The notes beneath the pieces are model-generated. The model saw nothing but the letters and a program-made list of their open reading frames with translations. It ran no database searches and had not been told where the DNA came from. Below are positions 23,699-31,459 of a stretch of DNA of 64,000 bases, piece after piece. This DNA comes from an uncultured Candidatus Saccharibacteria bacterium. GTDB lineage: Bacteria; Patescibacteriota; Saccharimonadia; Saccharimonadales; Saccharimonadaceae. Every line of letters begins with the position of its first letter. Position 1 is the stretch's first letter. The DNA is taken from positions 4,987 to 68,986 of the forward strand of contig CAMVCL010000002.1 of NCBI GenBank assembly GCA_947165975.1, given 5' to 3'. Position numbers and translations under genes: made by a program.

Positions 23699-26683
23699 AT
23701 GAAATATAGAGCTGGAGAACGCCGTAAGGCTATTGAATATGAAAAAGCCATCACTGATTGGTGGAAGAAAAATCATACTTTTGAAAAATCGGTAGAAGAG
23801 AGGCCGATTGATAAATCTTATGTTTTTTATGACGGCCCCCCATTTATCACCGGTAATCCACATCATGGCACGCTGCTTAGCTCTATTGTCAAAGATGCCG
23901 TACCGCGTTTTTGGACTATGAATGGTTATCGAGTAGAAAGAAGGTGGGGTTGGGATTGTCACGGTCTCCCAGCCGAAAATTTCGTTGAAAAACAACTCGG
24001 CATCACTGATCGTCGCGAAATCGGCACCAAATGGTCACTTGAGGATTACATTATTAAAGCTCGTGAATCCATGGTTGCTAATTCCGAAACCTGGCGTTCT
24101 ACGATTGATCGCATTGGACGCTGGGTAGATTTCGATAATTGCTATCGTACTATGAATAAGGATTTCATGGAATCTGTTTGGTGGGCTTTTAAACAACTCT
24201 ACGACGCTGGCAAAATCTATGAAGGCCGCAAAGTTCTGATGTATGATACCAAATTCGCTACTCCAGTTTCTAAAGCGGAAGTTACTATGGATAACGACGC
24301 CTACCAAACCGTCACCGACCCAAGCGCATATGTAAAATTCAAATTAACAGATAAAGTCGAGCGACTCCAGTCCGAAGATGCAGATACTGATATTTATCTT
24401 CTCGCTTGGACTACAACGCCGTGGACTTTACCGGCAAATATGTGTCTAGCCGTCAGTCCAGACTTGGAGTATGGTGTCTACGATGTCGACGGAGAAAAGT
24501 TTATCGTTGCTCTTGAACGTGGCAAAACCCTCTTCAAAGGCCAAAAACCCGAAAAGGCCTTTAAAGGCGGTTCTTTAGTCGGCAAGAAATACCAACCTAT
24601 CATCGAGGTTGCCGATGGATTATATGATTTGGGCTTGCGTGGCGATAAGGGTACGATAATGCGCAAAGATACTTATACCGTGCTTCCTGGCGACTTTGTT
24701 TCTGCTGAAGACGGTACCGGCATCGTTCACTGTGCACCGGCCTATGGTGAAGATGATTATGCACTAGCAGGGAAATACGAATTAGATTTCGTTGATTGTC
24801 TAGATGAAAATGGCTACTATCTTCCAGAGATGGCTGAAGAGCTTCATAAAATTGGCGTTCGAGACACTGATGAACACGGCATTCAGATTTGGGCTGCTAA
24901 TAAGTTTATCGCCAAATGTCTCGAAGCTGCTGGTATTATCTATAAGATTGAATACATTCAACACGAATACCCCTTCAACCCGCGCAGTAAAGAGCGCATC
25001 ATGTACCGCGCTTTTCCATCTTGGTTCTTTGATGTCGAAAATCAAAAACCCCTCATGCTTGCTGAGAACGAAAACATTAACTGGTTCCCAGGCTATTTAA
25101 AACATGGTCGCTTTGCAAACAATATTGAACAAGCGCCAGATTGGAACCTCAGCCGCGATCGCTTTTGGGCCACTGCTATGCCAGTTTGGAAAGGGGATAA
25201 GGGCACAATAAAAGTTGTCGGCTCCTATCATGAGCTCGAAGAACTTTCAGGTAAAACCCTAGAAGATTACCACCGTCCTTGGGTAGACGAGATCGAATTT
25301 GACATTGACGGCGAGCATTTCACTCGTATTGAAAAGGTATTAGATTGTTGGTTTGAATCTGGCTCTATGCCATTTGCTCAACTTCACTATCCATTCGAGA
25401 ATAAAGAAAAATTCGAAATGAACTACCCGGCTGATTTTATCGTTGAATACGTTGGTCAGGTACGCGCTTGGTTCTATTATGTGCATACAGTAAATACCGC
25501 ATTAGCTGAAATTGGTGCTTTTGGCGAGAAAGCCAAAAAAGGCGCCAAAAATGCCTATAAAAACGTCATTACCACCGGTACTCTCGCTGGTAATGATGGC
25601 CGCAAAATGAGTAAATCTCTAGGTAACTACACCGATCCAAATGTTCTGATGGATCAATTTTCGGCCGATTCTTTACGCTTCTTGCTCCTTTCTAGCCCGG
25701 TTTTATCTGGCGAAGATTTTGCCTTGCTTGATAAAGACGTCTCAGACGTTAATCGTAAGTTAGCTATGATCTGGAATGTTTATGACTTCTTTACTACCTA
25801 TGCTGAAGTCGAAGGCCTAGATTCTGATGATTTTACAGACGAGCGAGCACCGAAGTCAAATAATCCTCTAGATGCCTGGGTTCTCTCCCGTATTTATCAA
25901 CTCCGCGATGAGATTACTGAAGGTATGGAAGAATATAATCTCCCTAAGGCCTTAGAAAGCGTTTTGCCTTTCATTGATGATATGAGCAACTGGTTTGTTC
26001 GTCGTTCGCGTCGTCGTTTCAGTAAAAATATTGATAATACTGACAAAAAACAAGCCTTTTCAACGCTATATTATATATTGGTATATCTTTCTAAACTTCT
26101 CGCTCCCTTTACTCCGTTTCTTGCTGAAGAATTATACCAAAAAATGACAGGGAAAAACGAATCTGTCCACCTTCTAGATTGGCCTAAAGCTGGTACTATT
26201 GACACCGATATCCTTGAAGAAATGGCTCGTACACGTCAAATCATTACAGACGCTTTAGCACTTCGTATGCAGAAGTCAGAGAATGAGTCTCAGATCAAGA
26301 TTCGTCAGCCACTCGCTAAGCTCACCTATGACGGTGATAAATTAGATAATTATTATGAGCAGATTATCGCTGATGAAGTTAACGTCAAAAAAGTTGAACA
26401 CGCCAAAAAGTTCACTCTTGATAAGAAGATTACTAAAGACCTTGCGGACGAAGGGCAGGCACGCGAAATAATTCGTGCTGTTCAGGCCGCCCGCAAACAT
26501 GCCAATTTAAATATCGATGATGAAATTAAATTATCATTATCATGTAATATACCTAAAGGCTTTGAAAATCTTATCAAAACTGAAGTCGGCGCTCTAGAAA
26601 TTACCAAGACAGGGAATTACTCTCACGACGAAATTGCTAAGATCTCTGGTGAGTCCGTCACCATCTCACTTGAAAAAATCTGA
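23699..26683 (+). CDS. ileS: isoleucine--tRNA ligase (type 2, long form)
   Basis: HIGH-type motif PHHGT, KMSKS, and CP1 editing-domain length. I place the start at 23699 because TGgTATAAT (23685..23692) lies inside the track ORF start, 6 nt before this ATG. Confidence 0.95.
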   Translation: MKYRAGERRKAIEYEKAITDWWKKNHTFEKSVEERPIDKSYVFYDGPPFITGNPHHGTLLSSIVKDAVPRFWTMNGYRVERRWGWDCHGLPAENFVEKQLGITDRREIGTKWSLEDYIIKARESMVANSETWRSTIDRIGRWVDFDNCYRTMNKDFMESVWWAFKQLYDAGKIYEGRKVLMYDTKFATPVSKAEVTMDNDAYQTVTDPSAYVKFKLTDKVERLQSEDADTDIYLLAWTTTPWTLPANMCLAVSPDLEYGVYDVDGEKFIVALERGKTLFKGQKPEKAFKGGSLVGKKYQPIIEVADGLYDLGLRGDKGTIMRKDTYTVLPGDFVSAEDGTGIVHCAPAYGEDDYALAGKYELDFVDCLDENGYYLPEMAEELHKIGVRDTDEHGIQIWAANKFIAKCLEAAGIIYKIEYIQHEYPFNPRSKERIMYRAFPSWFFDVENQKPLMLAENENINWFPGYLKHGRFANNIEQAPDWNLSRDRFWATAMPVWKGDKGTIKVVGSYHELEELSGKTLEDYHRPWVDEIEFDIDGEHFTRIEKVLDCWFESGSMPFAQLHYPFENKEKFEMNYPADFIVEYVGQVRAWFYYVHTVNTALAEIGAFGEKAKKGAKNAYKNVITTGTLAGNDGRKMSKSLGNYTDPNVLMDQFSADSLRFLLLSSPVLSGEDFALLDKDVSDVNRKLAMIWNVYDFFTTYAEVEGLDSDDFTDERAPKSNNPLDAWVLSRIYQLRDEITEGMEEYNLPKALESVLPFIDDMSNWFVRRSRRRFSKNIDNTDKKQAFSTLYYILVYLSKLLAPFTPFLAEELYQKMTGKNESVHLLDWPKAGTIDTDILEEMARTRQIITDALALRMQKSENESQIKIRQPLAKLTYDGDKLDNYYEQIIADEVNVKKVEHAKKFTLDKKITKDLADEGQAREIIRAVQAARKHANLNIDDEIKLSLSCNIPKGFENLIKTEVGALEITKTGNYSHDEIAKISGESVTISLEKI

Positions 26684-26719
26684 CAGAAATATCCTAAATA
26701 GGTAATAATCTAGGTAAAG

Positions 26720-26868
26720 AATAGCTTAATTTTAGTGAGCATTTGACAAATCCATTTATTTTTACATCCTTTCTTCATCCGAGCCAATACTTTTTTAGCG
26801 GGGATGGAGCGAAACGTTGTAAAAATAACGTGACATACAATCAATCGCAAACTAAAAATTAAGCTATT
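26720..26868. repeat. 17/18-bp inverted repeat (aatagcttaattttagt / actaaaaattaagctatt) bracketing about 114 bp
   Basis: Arms at 26720..26736 and 26851..26868 differ by a single extra A. Confidence 0.6.
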
Positions 26869-26928
26869 TTTGCTAGTTTTTTACCTCTGTTAATTTGACA
26901 AAACATCAATTTTAAAGCATAAACACTA

Positions 26929-26957
26929 TTGACAAAATTAACAAAGTGTGCTACACT
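26929..26957 (+). promoter_or_regulatory. sigma-70 promoter TTGACA-17-TACACT with TGc extension
   Basis: Direct reading. It lies about 80 nt upstream of the 69-aa ORF. Confidence 0.6.
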
Positions 26958-27037
26958 TAAAACAAGTTAGAAAATAAAATAAAAATTCTAACAAATAATA
27001 AACAAAAACAAAAATAATAAAAACAAAGGAAAACATC

Positions 27038-27247
27038 ATGGAAGAAACTATCAATCTACCAAAACAAGTTATCGATTCTGAATGGAAAGATGACATAGAC
27101 TATGTACCATACGAAGACGAAGGAACGTACGTATCACCACAAGAAGTAAGAAAGACAACGATCGACAGAATCAAAAAATCGCCCATTAAACTAGCCATAA
27201 GGGGCATGGTAGATTGGGACAAAATTAAAGAAAATCTCTCAGCCTAA
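27038..27247 (+). CDS. hypothetical small acidic protein (69 aa)
   Basis: ORF with SD AAAGGAAAA and a promoter upstream. No recognisable family. Confidence 0.35.
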   Translation: MEETINLPKQVIDSEWKDDIDYVPYEDEGTYVSPQEVRKTTIDRIKKSPIKLAIRGMVDWDKIKENLSA

Positions 27248-27298
27248 CTAGGTTAGAGTAAAAACCAAAACGTTTTCCAGAAAGGAGTACTTTATAAG

Positions 27299-27418
27299 AT
27301 GAGTGCCAAAATAACAACCTTAATCGAAAGGATGACCAATGTAAAATATAGCCCATTAAATATTAGTAACTTTCAAACAGTTTACGAGTTAGCGATATTA
27401 CTAACAAGTATATTATAA
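27299..27418 (+). CDS. possible 39-aa micro-ORF with hydrophobic C-terminus
   Basis: ATG preceded by AAAGGAG (27281..27287) and followed by the terminator at 27435. Translation by eye: MSAKITTLIERMTNVKYSPLNISNFQTVYELAILLTSIL. Confidence 0.2.
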   Translation: MSAKITTLIERMTNVKYSPLNISNFQTVYELAILLTSIL

Positions 27419-27434
27419 AAACCATAAATTACCT

Positions 27435-27463
27435 AAAAAACCGAACACTATGTTCGGTTTTTT
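27435..27463 (+). terminator. intrinsic terminator (aaaaaaccgaac-actat-gttcggtttttt)
   Basis: 6-bp GC-containing stem extended by A/T pairing, followed by a T6 tail. Confidence 0.75.
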
Positions 27464-27508
27464 AGTGCAAAAAATCCCAAAATTTATTCAGAGATAAGCA
27501 TAAAAACA

Positions 27509-27537
27509 TTGACCAAAAAATAAGCTTATGTTAAACT
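27509..27537 (+). promoter_or_regulatory. sigma-70 promoter TTGACC-17-TAAACT with TGt extension
   Basis: Direct reading. It lies 47 nt upstream of cassette A. Confidence 0.55.
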
Positions 27538-27583
27538 AAAAAACAGAAAGGTCTACCAATAAAATAATTTAATAGAAAAAGCT

Positions 27584-27913
27584 ATGGACAACTATCTCAT
27601 AGATCGAGAAACTCTTGGTAAGTTTGTCGATGAACTTATTAAAAGAAAGGCTCTGCCAGTCAATACTCCAGAGGAGCTCAATAGCCTCAGGGAAGAATCT
27701 ATTAAGTCGCTAGACGACAAAATCGGCATGGCTATTTTCGGCAGCTTAACCGCCGAGCAGGATACTGAATTTAATCAACTACTTGATCGTGGTGATGCGA
27801 GCGAAAGTGAATTTGAAGATTTCTTCAATCGTATTGGTCTTGATGTTGAACAAAAGATTACCGACACAATGAACGCTTTCGGCGCAGAATTTTTAGGAGG
27901 TCAAAATGCCTAA
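27584..27913 (+). CDS. cassette A small helical protein (paralog of 31082..31456; DUF5663-like by recollection)
   Basis: 109 aa. Colinear with the 124-aa paralog (FVDELIKRK..IGMAIFGSLTAEQDTEFNQLL.. vs FIDGLMEEK..IDRSIIAELPDDKLEELTRAA..). 8-nt overlap with the next gene. Confidence 0.6.
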   Translation: MDNYLIDRETLGKFVDELIKRKALPVNTPEELNSLREESIKSLDDKIGMAIFGSLTAEQDTEFNQLLDRGDASESEFEDFFNRIGLDVEQKITDTMNAFGAEFLGGQNA

Positions 27914-29621
27914 TCCAGAAATAATGAGTTTTTCTAATAGTGAATCGACTGATCCATCCGCAGAACACATCGGAGAGGATCTAGGAACAGTCCAAGCTCG
28001 TGGTGCTATGGCAATGGATGTTGCCAAAGAACAAACTGGAGGCCAAATCTTTCAAAACTTAAGCAAAGAAGAATTTAATAGCTTCGATGTCAGTAAGCTG
28101 AGCAATGAGCAATTAGTGCAGGCTTATCATGAGGTAACAGCACTTAGAGCTCAAATTGAACAAGGTAGCTCCGCTCAGAACTCCGAAAATACACAGAATA
28201 TGAGCGCCACAGAAGTTGCTCAAAAAGTAGCCGAGCCTGAACCTACTCCACAGGAGCCAGAGATAATCGATTCAGAGAGAGCACGTAGTACCTTAGATAA
28301 AGCCAAGAAAAATCAATCAGCTAAAAGTTGGCTAACTAAGAAGACCATGGCAGTAGTAATCGCTGCATCACTTTTGGTTGGAGGAGCTATCGGCTATTAC
28401 GGAGCTGAAGCTAGCACTTCGTCAGCAGAATCAGGTGGACGTACAACGGTCGAAGACAATATCGACCAAGACGCTCTTGGCCAAGAGACTATTGAAAATA
28501 CTGAACTAACAGGTGAATTATCTAACGGCGTACACTATGATTATCGCGAATATGCAGACTACGACAATAAAACAAGCGAATATGCATTCGGCTACGATAA
28601 ATCAGAATTTTTCAATGACCGAGAAGCGACCGAAGATGCCTGGATGGAAATGGCAAATAAATCGCCAGAATACATCAGTTCATACATCGACGTTTTGACT
28701 GACGAAGAAAAAGCCGAGCTTGGTATCGACAATATGTCCACTAGTGAACTAGATGATTATCTAAGTAATGCGCAAAACATTGACGGCGGAGCAAAACAAC
28801 AAAAGATATTTGAAAAACTCAATCAAATTGCCCGCGACAAAGAGAACACACGCTATGAATTTTATTATGAGAACGATACGGAGTATTCTTACTATCATGT
28901 TTTCAATGACGAAAACAAAGACGGCAAATATTCGCCAGAAGAAATGCGTGTTTATTATTCCAAGGTTCCAAGAAATGGCGCCCCTCAAGTCGATGTGTAT
29001 CGTCTAATTAACGGGCAATGGACCAAAGTTATTGATCTGAACATCCAATGTGGTTTCCAGCCAAATCAAGAGACTGTGCCAGAAAACATGCAACTTATTC
29101 CAGACAATCCGGATACTGGTTCAGAAACGACTGGTTCCGAAGGTACCGGTTCCGAAGGTACTGGCTCCGAGGGTACTGGCTCCGAAGGTACTGGTTCTGA
29201 GGGTACTGGTAATGAAGGCACTGATATCAATCCAAAAGACCCCGATAACCTAATACGTATTGATCAAAACATTGACGAAAACATTAGTACCGACATTGGC
29301 ACCGAAAATATTAATCATAATCCAAATCCGGGTGTTTCTGAAGCAGATAAGACCAATAAACCATCAGGCGAAGAACACAAAGGGACAAAACCTGAGATCA
29401 AACAAAATGATTCGTCTAAGTCAGCCGAAAAAGTTCAGCCCCAAAAAACTGAGAATAGTCACAATCAAGATAAAGGCGGCAAAAATGATAAAGAATATAA
29501 ACCTGTTCAAAGTAAAGAAGAGGCTCAGAAAAAAGCTGACAGTTCAGCTACTGAGGTCAAAAATGCTCCAACTGATAAACAATCAGTTAGCAATGAATTA
29601 AAAGATCTAGGAATTGATTAA
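27906..29621 (+). CDS. cassette A large single-pass membrane/surface protein with (TGSEG)7 repeat and conserved C-terminal module
   Basis: 571 aa with a TM helix at MAVVIAASLLVGGAIGYYGA. GGAGG SD. The C-terminal 130 aa are colinear with the end of the 1320-aa protein. Confidence 0.7.
   Translation: MPNPEIMSFSNSESTDPSAEHIGEDLGTVQARGAMAMDVAKEQTGGQIFQNLSKEEFNSFDVSKLSNEQLVQAYHEVTALRAQIEQGSSAQNSENTQNMSATEVAQKVAEPEPTPQEPEIIDSERARSTLDKAKKNQSAKSWLTKKTMAVVIAASLLVGGAIGYYGAEASTSSAESGGRTTVEDNIDQDALGQETIENTELTGELSNGVHYDYREYADYDNKTSEYAFGYDKSEFFNDREATEDAWMEMANKSPEYISSYIDVLTDEEKAELGIDNMSTSELDDYLSNAQNIDGGAKQQKIFEKLNQIARDKENTRYEFYYENDTEYSYYHVFNDENKDGKYSPEEMRVYYSKVPRNGAPQVDVYRLINGQWTKVIDLNIQCGFQPNQETVPENMQLIPDNPDTGSETTGSEGTGSEGTGSEGTGSEGTGSEGTGNEGTDINPKDPDNLIRIDQNIDENISTDIGTENINHNPNPGVSEADKTNKPSGEEHKGTKPEIKQNDSSKSAEKVQPQKTENSHNQDKGGKNDKEYKPVQSKEEAQKKADSSATEVKNAPTDKQSVSNELKDLGID
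29115..29219 (+). repeat. 7 x 15-bp in-frame tandem repeat encoding T-G-S/N-E-G
   Basis: Units start at 29115, 29130, ... 29205 and are nearly identical (actggttccgaaggt variants). Confidence 0.9.
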
Positions 29622-29641
29622 TGGTAGGAGAAAGGAAGACC

Positions 29642-31015
29642 ATGAAAAATCACAAAACTAAACTTAAAACGCTAAGCGTTCTTGCTACGGCGGGTCTTAG
29701 CTTGGTTTCCGTTGCTTCAGTCTCTGCTTGGGGACCAGAACGCACCACATTCACGATGGAGAAGCCGGCTACTTATCCGACCTTTAACTCTATCACTAAC
29801 AACCCAACCATTGGCGATGAAAGGGATTTCGTTAGGGTGGGAGAAATTAACGCTAAGGTTACCGACCTGAAAAACGAAGTTGAAATTGTACCAGGAAGAC
29901 AATACTTAGTTTATGTCTATTTCCATAACAATGCTTCATCGACATTTAACGATTCTGCACACAATAATTCAGGTGTTGCACTAAGAACACATATGTCTAC
30001 AGCATTTTCAACCGTGTTGACTCCCAGTAACAAGGGAAAAATTTCTGCAACCATTACAGCTGACAATAGTAATCCAGCTTCAGTATGGGACGAAGCTTAC
30101 ATGACTACCAAGACCGAAAAAGTTCTCATGCATTACGTCGCAGGCTCAGCCAAAATTTATAACGATTGGAAGGCCAATGGTTCAGTCATGCCTTCAACGC
30201 TATTTACCGAAGAAGGAGCCTTACTTGGTCTCAATAATCTAAACGGTATCATTCCAGGTTGTGAAGAGTATCACGGAGTAGTATCATATGTCCTCCAAGC
30301 CGAAGAGTTAGGTGGCTCAATTGATAAATCTGTTTCAAAAGATGGTGAAAAGTTTGGTGAAAGCATCAACCTTGCTCCAGGCGAAGAAGCCACTTACAGA
30401 TTAACCATCAGAAACACCGGCGACGTTGCTTTGACCAATGCTACCATAAAAGATGTTCTACCAGCTGGTCTTACATTAGTCCCCGGCAGTGTAAAACTTA
30501 CCGCTAACGACTCAAAGACCCCAGAATCATTATCAGACAATATCTTTGGAACTGGCTATAATCTTGGTACCATCGGTACTGGCAACACAGTCTACATTAC
30601 TTATAAAGTAAAGGCAGGCGCCGACTTTGATTGCAAAGGTACGGAATTAACTAATAAGGCTACTTTGACCTACGACAGTGACCAAGAAAGTGGCGAAACC
30701 AAAGAAGACACAACGACGATCACTGTCAAAAAGACCGATTGTGAAGAACCAAATGAGCCGTTAGACGATTGCGAATCTAACCCTGGCTTACCAGAATGTA
30801 AAGAAAAGAACTGTAAGACTAATCCAGAGATGGAAGGATGCCAAGAGCTACCAAATACTGGTCCTGTTGAAATCATTATGGCAGCAGTAATCATTATCGG
30901 TATTGGCGGCGGCGGGTACTATCTATACAGAACGCAAAAGACTCTCAAAACTGTTGAAAGTGGAGTTTCCGGTAAAGAACCAAAAGTTAAAGACGGTTCT
31001 GACGAACTTAAATAA
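29642..31015 (+). CDS. LPNTG-anchored cell-surface protein with DUF11-type repeat domain and Cys-rich stalk
   Basis: Signal peptide, GEEATYRLTIRNTGDVALTNATIKDVLPAGLTLVPGSV, and C-terminal LPNTG + hydrophobic helix + YRTQK. SD AGGAGAAAGGAAG precedes the ATG at 29642. Confidence 0.8.
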   Translation: MKNHKTKLKTLSVLATAGLSLVSVASVSAWGPERTTFTMEKPATYPTFNSITNNPTIGDERDFVRVGEINAKVTDLKNEVEIVPGRQYLVYVYFHNNASSTFNDSAHNNSGVALRTHMSTAFSTVLTPSNKGKISATITADNSNPASVWDEAYMTTKTEKVLMHYVAGSAKIYNDWKANGSVMPSTLFTEEGALLGLNNLNGIIPGCEEYHGVVSYVLQAEELGGSIDKSVSKDGEKFGESINLAPGEEATYRLTIRNTGDVALTNATIKDVLPAGLTLVPGSVKLTANDSKTPESLSDNIFGTGYNLGTIGTGNTVYITYKVKAGADFDCKGTELTNKATLTYDSDQESGETKEDTTTITVKKTDCEEPNEPLDDCESNPGLPECKEKNCKTNPEMEGCQELPNTGPVEIIMAAVIIIGIGGGGYYLYRTQKTLKTVESGVSGKEPKVKDGSDELK

Positions 31016-31025
31016 TAACCGTTAA

Positions 31026-31062
31026 ATCTACCCTCAGACCTAATTAGGGTTTGAGGGTAGAT
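31026..31062 (+). terminator. long hairpin (atctaccctca-15 nt-tgagggtagat), weak T-tail
   Basis: 11-bp perfect stem directly after the LPNTG gene. Confidence 0.5.
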
Positions 31063-31081
31063 ATAAGAAAGGGAAACTACA

Positions 31082-31456
31082 ATGGAGCAAACAATAAATA
31101 ACGACAATCCATCAGAAAAGCTTAACGATGATGAAGTCATCGATCTTTTTATTGATGGTTTAATGGAGGAAAAAGGTACGGCTGCTCCAACTGCAGAAGT
31201 TCACCAAGACATCCACGACAATCTTAAAAATCAGCTTCTCACCGAAATAGATCGCTCAATTATTGCCGAATTACCAGATGATAAACTAGAAGAACTAACT
31301 CGCGCTGCGGCAAGTGAAGGCGAGCTAAGTCCAGAAGTTGTAGCAAAGGCTGTTGAAGCATCCAATATTAATGTTACGGAAATTACTGGTGTTACAATGC
31401 AACGTTTTCGAGATCTTTATCTAAATAATGCAAATCAACAAAAGACGGAGGAATAA
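31082..31456 (+). CDS. cassette B small helical protein (paralog of 27584..27913)
   Basis: 124 aa, colinear with the cassette A small protein. It lies 3 nt before the next gene. Confidence 0.6.
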   Translation: MEQTINNDNPSEKLNDDEVIDLFIDGLMEEKGTAAPTAEVHQDIHDNLKNQLLTEIDRSIIAELPDDKLEELTRAAASEGELSPEVVAKAVEASNINVTEITGVTMQRFRDLYLNNANQQKTEE

Positions 31457-31459
31457 TCC

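Noticed and set aside
26764-26836. Tiny minus-strand ORF (about 22 aa, MKKGCKNKWICQMLTKIKLFFT) inside the inverted-repeat-bounded element.
   Set aside because: It has no SD or promoter-coupled start. At this length in AT-rich DNA it is indistinguishable from chance.
29115-29219. Whether the regularly spaced short repeats could be a CRISPR array.
   Set aside because: The units are contiguous with no spacers, only 15 bp long, in frame within a long ORF, and have no leader or cas genes nearby.
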